From a virus (taxonomy: Duplodnaviria > Caudoviricetes), in IMG/VR virus record IMGVR_UViG_3300017766_005104, positions 1-24,832 of that record: a stretch of DNA of 24,832 nt, one strand, 5' to 3'. Under the pieces are notes generated by a model. The model was not told where the DNA came from. It did no database searches and saw only the letters and a list, made by a program, of their open reading frames with translations. This document shows, in pieces, positions 21,542 to 24,832 of this stretch (position 1 is its first letter; every line of letters starts with the position of its first letter). A program made the translations under genes and the position numbers.

Positions 21542-22624
21542 ATGCGCGACTACAGCCCCAACACCGTCACCACCGCCTACGCCGCCGACGGCCGCGGCCC
21601 TGCCGTTTACGGCAAGTACCGCGAGCACGGCTACGCCGTGAACCCCCTCACCGCCCAGCTCGGCACCTTCGTCCCCGAGCGTGCCTCCGCCACCGAGGCC
21701 TTCGCCATCGCCGGCCTCAACTGGACCGCCGAGAAGCGCCCCGTCTTCTACATGGGCCCCGACGGCCGCCGCATCGAGGCCCCCGACCACTGCTCCATCG
21801 TCCGCAGTGACAACGACGCCCTGCTCGGCATCCACGGCACCGCCTACACCCCGGTGCAGAACGACGCCCTGATCAACCTCCTCGACTACCTCCGCGAGAA
21901 CATCCACCTCGAGACCGTCCTCTCCATCCGCGACGGCCGCCGCGTCTTCGCCACCGCCGCCATCGACACCGAGAGCGAAGTCGTCCCCGGCGACCGCGTC
22001 CGCCGCTACCTCCACCTCTTCAACTCCCACGACGGCAGCTCCGGCTTCGGCGTCTTCTTCAGCGACGTCCGCCTCGCCTGCGCCAATCAGCTCAACTACC
22101 TAACCGGCCGCGCCGCCACCGCTGCCGCGTCCGCAGGCACCGGCCTTCGTCGCAAGCACACCAGCAGCGTCACCGAGTTCGCCCGCCATCTCCCGCAGCT
22201 GATCGACATCGAGCGCCGCACCTTCGCCGCCTCCATCGACGAGCTGCGCTCCCTCGCCAGCCTGCGCCTCACCCCCGAGACCGCCCGCCGCGTCCTCGAA
22301 GCCACCTACGCCGACAAACTCACCACCCCCATCCGCGACAAATCCACCGGCGACAAGCGCCCCCGCGTGCTCGCCGACCTCCCCGAGATCGCCACCATCC
22401 GCAGCCACTACTCCGGCACAACTGGCCTCGGCATCCACGACATCCCCGGCATCCCTGGCACCGCTTACGCCCTCTTCAACGCCATCACCCAGCACGCCAC
22501 CCACGACTCCGGCCGTGCCACCGACTCCACCGAGCGCGCCCGGGCCCGCCTCGAAGCGCTCTGGGGCGGCGCTGCTGCCAAGCGCATCGAGCGCGCCCGC
22601 GAAGCCTGCTTGGCGCTGGTGTAG
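21542..22624 (+). CDS. DUF932 family phage/plasmid protein
   Basis: GLNW...P, VRSD...LG....Y.PVQN, G.RVF, YL.L.NSHDGS, RLACANQL, GTAYALFNAITQH. Confidence 0.88.
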   Translation: MRDYSPNTVTTAYAADGRGPAVYGKYREHGYAVNPLTAQLGTFVPERASATEAFAIAGLNWTAEKRPVFYMGPDGRRIEAPDHCSIVRSDNDALLGIHGTAYTPVQNDALINLLDYLRENIHLETVLSIRDGRRVFATAAIDTESEVVPGDRVRRYLHLFNSHDGSSGFGVFFSDVRLACANQLNYLTGRAATAAASAGTGLRRKHTSSVTEFARHLPQLIDIERRTFAASIDELRSLASLRLTPETARRVLEATYADKLTTPIRDKSTGDKRPRVLADLPEIATIRSHYSGTTGLGIHDIPGIPGTAYALFNAITQHATHDSGRATDSTERARARLEALWGGAAAKRIERAREACLALV

Positions 22625-22688
22625 CCAGCACCCTGCTGTGGCCGGCTCCGCCGGCCTCCCTACCCTTGCCCTAGAGCGCCCTCCAGCC

Positions 22689-23093
22689 GTGCAAATCCCC
22701 GACAGCCCTGAGGCACTCTTCGAGCACCTCAGCGACAGCAGCGTCCGCGAGATGTTCTCCAACTACGACGCCCTGCGCCCCCGACACCGCAAGCTCGTCC
22801 ACCTGCTCCACACCGAGCTCACCAAGGGCGAACTCAGCGACTCGGCCTTCATGGACACGATCGCCTTCATCACCCTGCTCTGGCGCTGCTTCAACCGCAC
22901 CGCCTGCTTGCAGATCGAGAAGCTGATCGACGACCACGACGAGCTCGAACCTCGCTGGATCAACGCCGCCCTCGACTACGCCCGCGTCAACCAGTTCATC
23001 GACGCATGCCTCAACCTCTACGACGCCGCCCCCGACCTCACCGAGCTCGACGGCGAGAGCACCTACCACATCCGACGCACCTTGCCAGACTGA
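22689..23093 (+). CDS. Hypothetical helical protein
   Basis: GTG 22689; strong C-ending codon bias. Confidence 0.72.
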   Translation: MQIPDSPEALFEHLSDSSVREMFSNYDALRPRHRKLVHLLHTELTKGELSDSAFMDTIAFITLLWRCFNRTACLQIEKLIDDHDELEPRWINAALDYARVNQFIDACLNLYDAAPDLTELDGESTYHIRRTLPD

Positions 23094-23172
23094 TAAAGCC
23101 GGCCCTCCCCGAGCGCTGAGCGCCGCCCGGCCCACTCTTCACTCCCCTTCACGGCCCTGCCGTTGCTTTCGC

Positions 23173-23358
23173 ATGGCTTCGCTTGCGTTCGCCTACTACG
23201 ACCTGTGTAACCCCACCACAGGCACCATCCTCTATCGCACTTGCGCCACCACCTCCGAGATCCTCCAAGCCAATGCCCGACTACGAGACAGCGGAATACC
23301 CAGCCGCTACTACCCAGCCGACACCTTCCACGCGCCTCTACTACACGATCCGCGCTGA
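23173..23358 (+). CDS. Hypothetical protein
   Basis: 61 aa, ATG start after an intergenic gap. Confidence 0.6.
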   Translation: MASLAFAYYDLCNPTTGTILYRTCATTSEILQANARLRDSGIPSRYYPADTFHAPLLHDPR

Positions 23359-23542
23359 GGGCGGCTTCCTCGCCGCCAGCCACGCCGCCGACGGCCCACC
23401 CATCACGACAACCGCCGCCCCCGAGAGCGCCACGCGCTTCGTCGACATCCTGACCGCCGGTCGCCGCGCCGCCGCGCTACAGCAACTCGGCTGGCGCGAC
23501 CTCCGCGTCATCGCCATCTACCTCCCATCCACACGCCCATGA
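23273..23542 (+). CDS. Hypothetical protein
   Basis: ATG 23273 overlaps the previous ORF by 86 nt; ATGA-coupled to the next gene. Confidence 0.55.
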   Translation: MPDYETAEYPAATTQPTPSTRLYYTIRAEGGFLAASHAADGPPITTTAAPESATRFVDILTAGRRAAALQQLGWRDLRVIAIYLPSTRP

Positions 23543-23934
23543 GTAAAGCCGTCCCCCCTGAGCGCTACATCGAACTGATCACCCTTGCGGAGGCCCACTA
23601 CTCCCGCCAAGGCTTCGTCAAGTGGAGCGCCCTGGCCACCGAGCTCGGCCTCAGCCGCCAACGCATCCTCCAGCTCCTGCAGCAGGCCGTCGGCCTCGGC
23701 TACATCACCAGCGACGACCTCGACCGCTACCGCTCCGAGGCCGCCCGCCGCATGGCCGCCCGCACCAACCGCGAGCTCCGCCGCGACCTCGAGCGCCTCA
23801 AGCTGCAGGTCGTGCTCACCCCCGACAACCTCAGCTGGCTCGACGCCGCGCTCGCTGCCGCCCCCTACGGCATCACCCGCAGCGACCTGATCAACACAGC
23901 TATTACACATTTCCACACCGCCACCAATGCGTAA
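23539..23934 (+). CDS. Putative DNA-binding protein: N-terminal HTH plus C-terminal ribbon-helix-helix-like segment
   Basis: WSALATELGLSRQRILQLL; LQVVLTPDNLSWLD......ITRSDLINTAI. Confidence 0.65.
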   Translation: MSKAVPPERYIELITLAEAHYSRQGFVKWSALATELGLSRQRILQLLQQAVGLGYITSDDLDRYRSEAARRMAARTNRELRRDLERLKLQVVLTPDNLSWLDAALAAAPYGITRSDLINTAITHFHTATNA

Positions 23935-24097
23935 AGCAACCCTCTTCCGCTCCATCGCCCGCTACTGCTCCGAGCTCGCCCCCATCGCCGGCCCCGTGCT
24001 GCTCAGCGCCGCCGACCTCGCAGGCGCCCTCGAGCGCGCCGCCCTGCTGGCAGCCGCACCACCCGCCAAGCTGCCGGGATCCCCCGAGGACGACTGA
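23927..24097 (+). CDS. Hypothetical protein (56 aa)
   Basis: Manual translation MRKATLFRSIARYCSELAPIAGP...PGSPEDD. Confidence 0.55.
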   Translation: MRKATLFRSIARYCSELAPIAGPVLLSAADLAGALERAALLAAAPPAKLPGSPEDD

Positions 24098-24107
24098 TCC
24101 GCACCCC

Positions 24108-24350
24108 TTGCCCACCCACATCGACCCTCTGCAACTCCCTGATGACCACTTCATCGAGCGCGCCCGCGCCATGTGCGCGACAAAGATCCCTCACCTGAAC
24201 CGCCAGGCAGCTGCCGCACACCTCCGCCGCGGCAGCTACAACGGCACCCCGTACCACTGCCCCATCTGCGGCGACTGGCACACCACGACCTACGACCGTG
24301 CCCAAGCCAAACGCTTCGCTCGCCGCTTGTCCCGCCTACTCCGCAACTAA
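24108..24350 (+). CDS. Small zinc-finger protein
   Basis: TTG 24108; C..K.......A......YHCPICGDWH pattern. Confidence 0.7.
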   Translation: MPTHIDPLQLPDDHFIERARAMCATKIPHLNRQAAAAHLRRGSYNGTPYHCPICGDWHTTTYDRAQAKRFARRLSRLLRN

Positions 24351-24518
24351 ATGCAACGCACAAAGCTTTATCAAGCCCGTCTGCAATGCCGCACTATCGG
24401 CTTGATGGCATTTGACTTAGAAGATGCTAAGGTCTGCTTGCAAGAGCTTTACCCCAATGAAACGATACTAAGTCTCATACTCGCTCCCGAATGGTGCAAC
24501 GACGATGACGCTGCGTAG
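24351..24518 (+). CDS. Hypothetical protein (55 aa, AT-richer)
   Basis: Manual translation MQRTKLYQARLQCRTIGLMAFDLEDAK... Confidence 0.55.
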   Translation: MQRTKLYQARLQCRTIGLMAFDLEDAKVCLQELYPNETILSLILAPEWCNDDDAA

Positions 24519-24530
24519 CACCCACACCAA

Positions 24531-24620
24531 ATGACCCTGCACGAGATCGAACTACTAACAGCTATCTACATAGCTGCTTGCTTCCTTCTATTGTTCATCG
24601 CCTCCAAACTCCTGCCATGA
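24531..24620 (+). CDS. 29-aa hydrophobic peptide (MTLHEIELLTAIYIAACFLLLFIASKLLP)
   Basis: Manual translation; ATGA-coupled to the next gene. Confidence 0.55.
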   Translation: MTLHEIELLTAIYIAACFLLLFIASKLLP

Positions 24621-24775
24621 CAATCGACCCCAAAACAGAACAGCGTCGTCAGGACTACCTCGACGCCCTGTACGAACGCAGCGGCCGCACCTGCAGCACC
24701 TACACCGGCCTCTATCAAGAGCGCCTCACCGAGCTCGTCCAACGCGACATGCAGGAGATCCTCAGCGATGCCTGA
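24617..24775 (+). CDS. Hypothetical protein (RRQDYLDALYERSGRT...YTGLYQ type)
   Basis: ATG 24617; 52 aa. Confidence 0.7.
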   Translation: MTIDPKTEQRRQDYLDALYERSGRTCSTYTGLYQERLTELVQRDMQEILSDA

Positions 24776-24832
24776 CTATGCAACACCCGAGCAGTGGGCC
24801 CAGTGCGAGGAGTGGGTGAACAACCCCGTCGT
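24768..24832 (+). CDS. Hypothetical protein, 3'-truncated (MPDYATPEQWAQCEEW...)
   Basis: ATG 24768 overlaps the previous gene's end; open to the window edge. Confidence 0.55.
   Translation, partial: MPDYATPEQWAQCEEWVNNPV

Noticed and set aside
16700-24400. Numerous long minus-strand and alternative-frame ORFs (e.g. 22100..22762, 21494..22030, 23622..24107)
   Set aside because: Shadow ORFs caused by high GC and C-ending codon bias; low-complexity G/V/A or P/R translations overlapping well-coupled + strand genes.

Overview
Fragment of a GC-rich tailed dsDNA phage genome, most likely a cyanophage (cyAbrB-type regulator, NblA-like protein, RpoD-family sigma factor). Layout: (1) 1-3440 + strand: 3' end of a tail fibre with a Peptidase_G2-type chaperone, then a variable cluster of small genes punctuated by short TAGT-N7-ACTA-like sites and two copies of a 103-bp element that looks like a minus-strand small-RNA gene; (2) 3.5-5.4 kb: lysis region with a GH73 + peptidase M15 endolysin; (3) 5.4-11.0 kb minus strand: AbrB-like regulator, family A DNA polymerase and Prim-Pol/ZnF/helicase with an iteron-like repeat cluster in its 3' end, plus an opposite-strand nblA-like gene; (4) 11.3-15.0 kb + strand: SSB, HTH, PD-(D/E)XK nuclease, dNMP kinase, sigma factor; (5) a degenerate HNH gene, three tandem promoters and a ~530-nt non-coding, densely base-paired candidate large ncRNA; (6) 16.7-24.8 kb: a tightly coupled, extremely C-rich early-type gene array including a NUMOD4-HNH gene overlapping an RlpA-like gene, and DUF932. 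The best leads are the large ncRNA, the duplicated twin-hairpin sRNA and the cassette-like boundary sites. All family calls are from motif recognition by eye; no searches were run.
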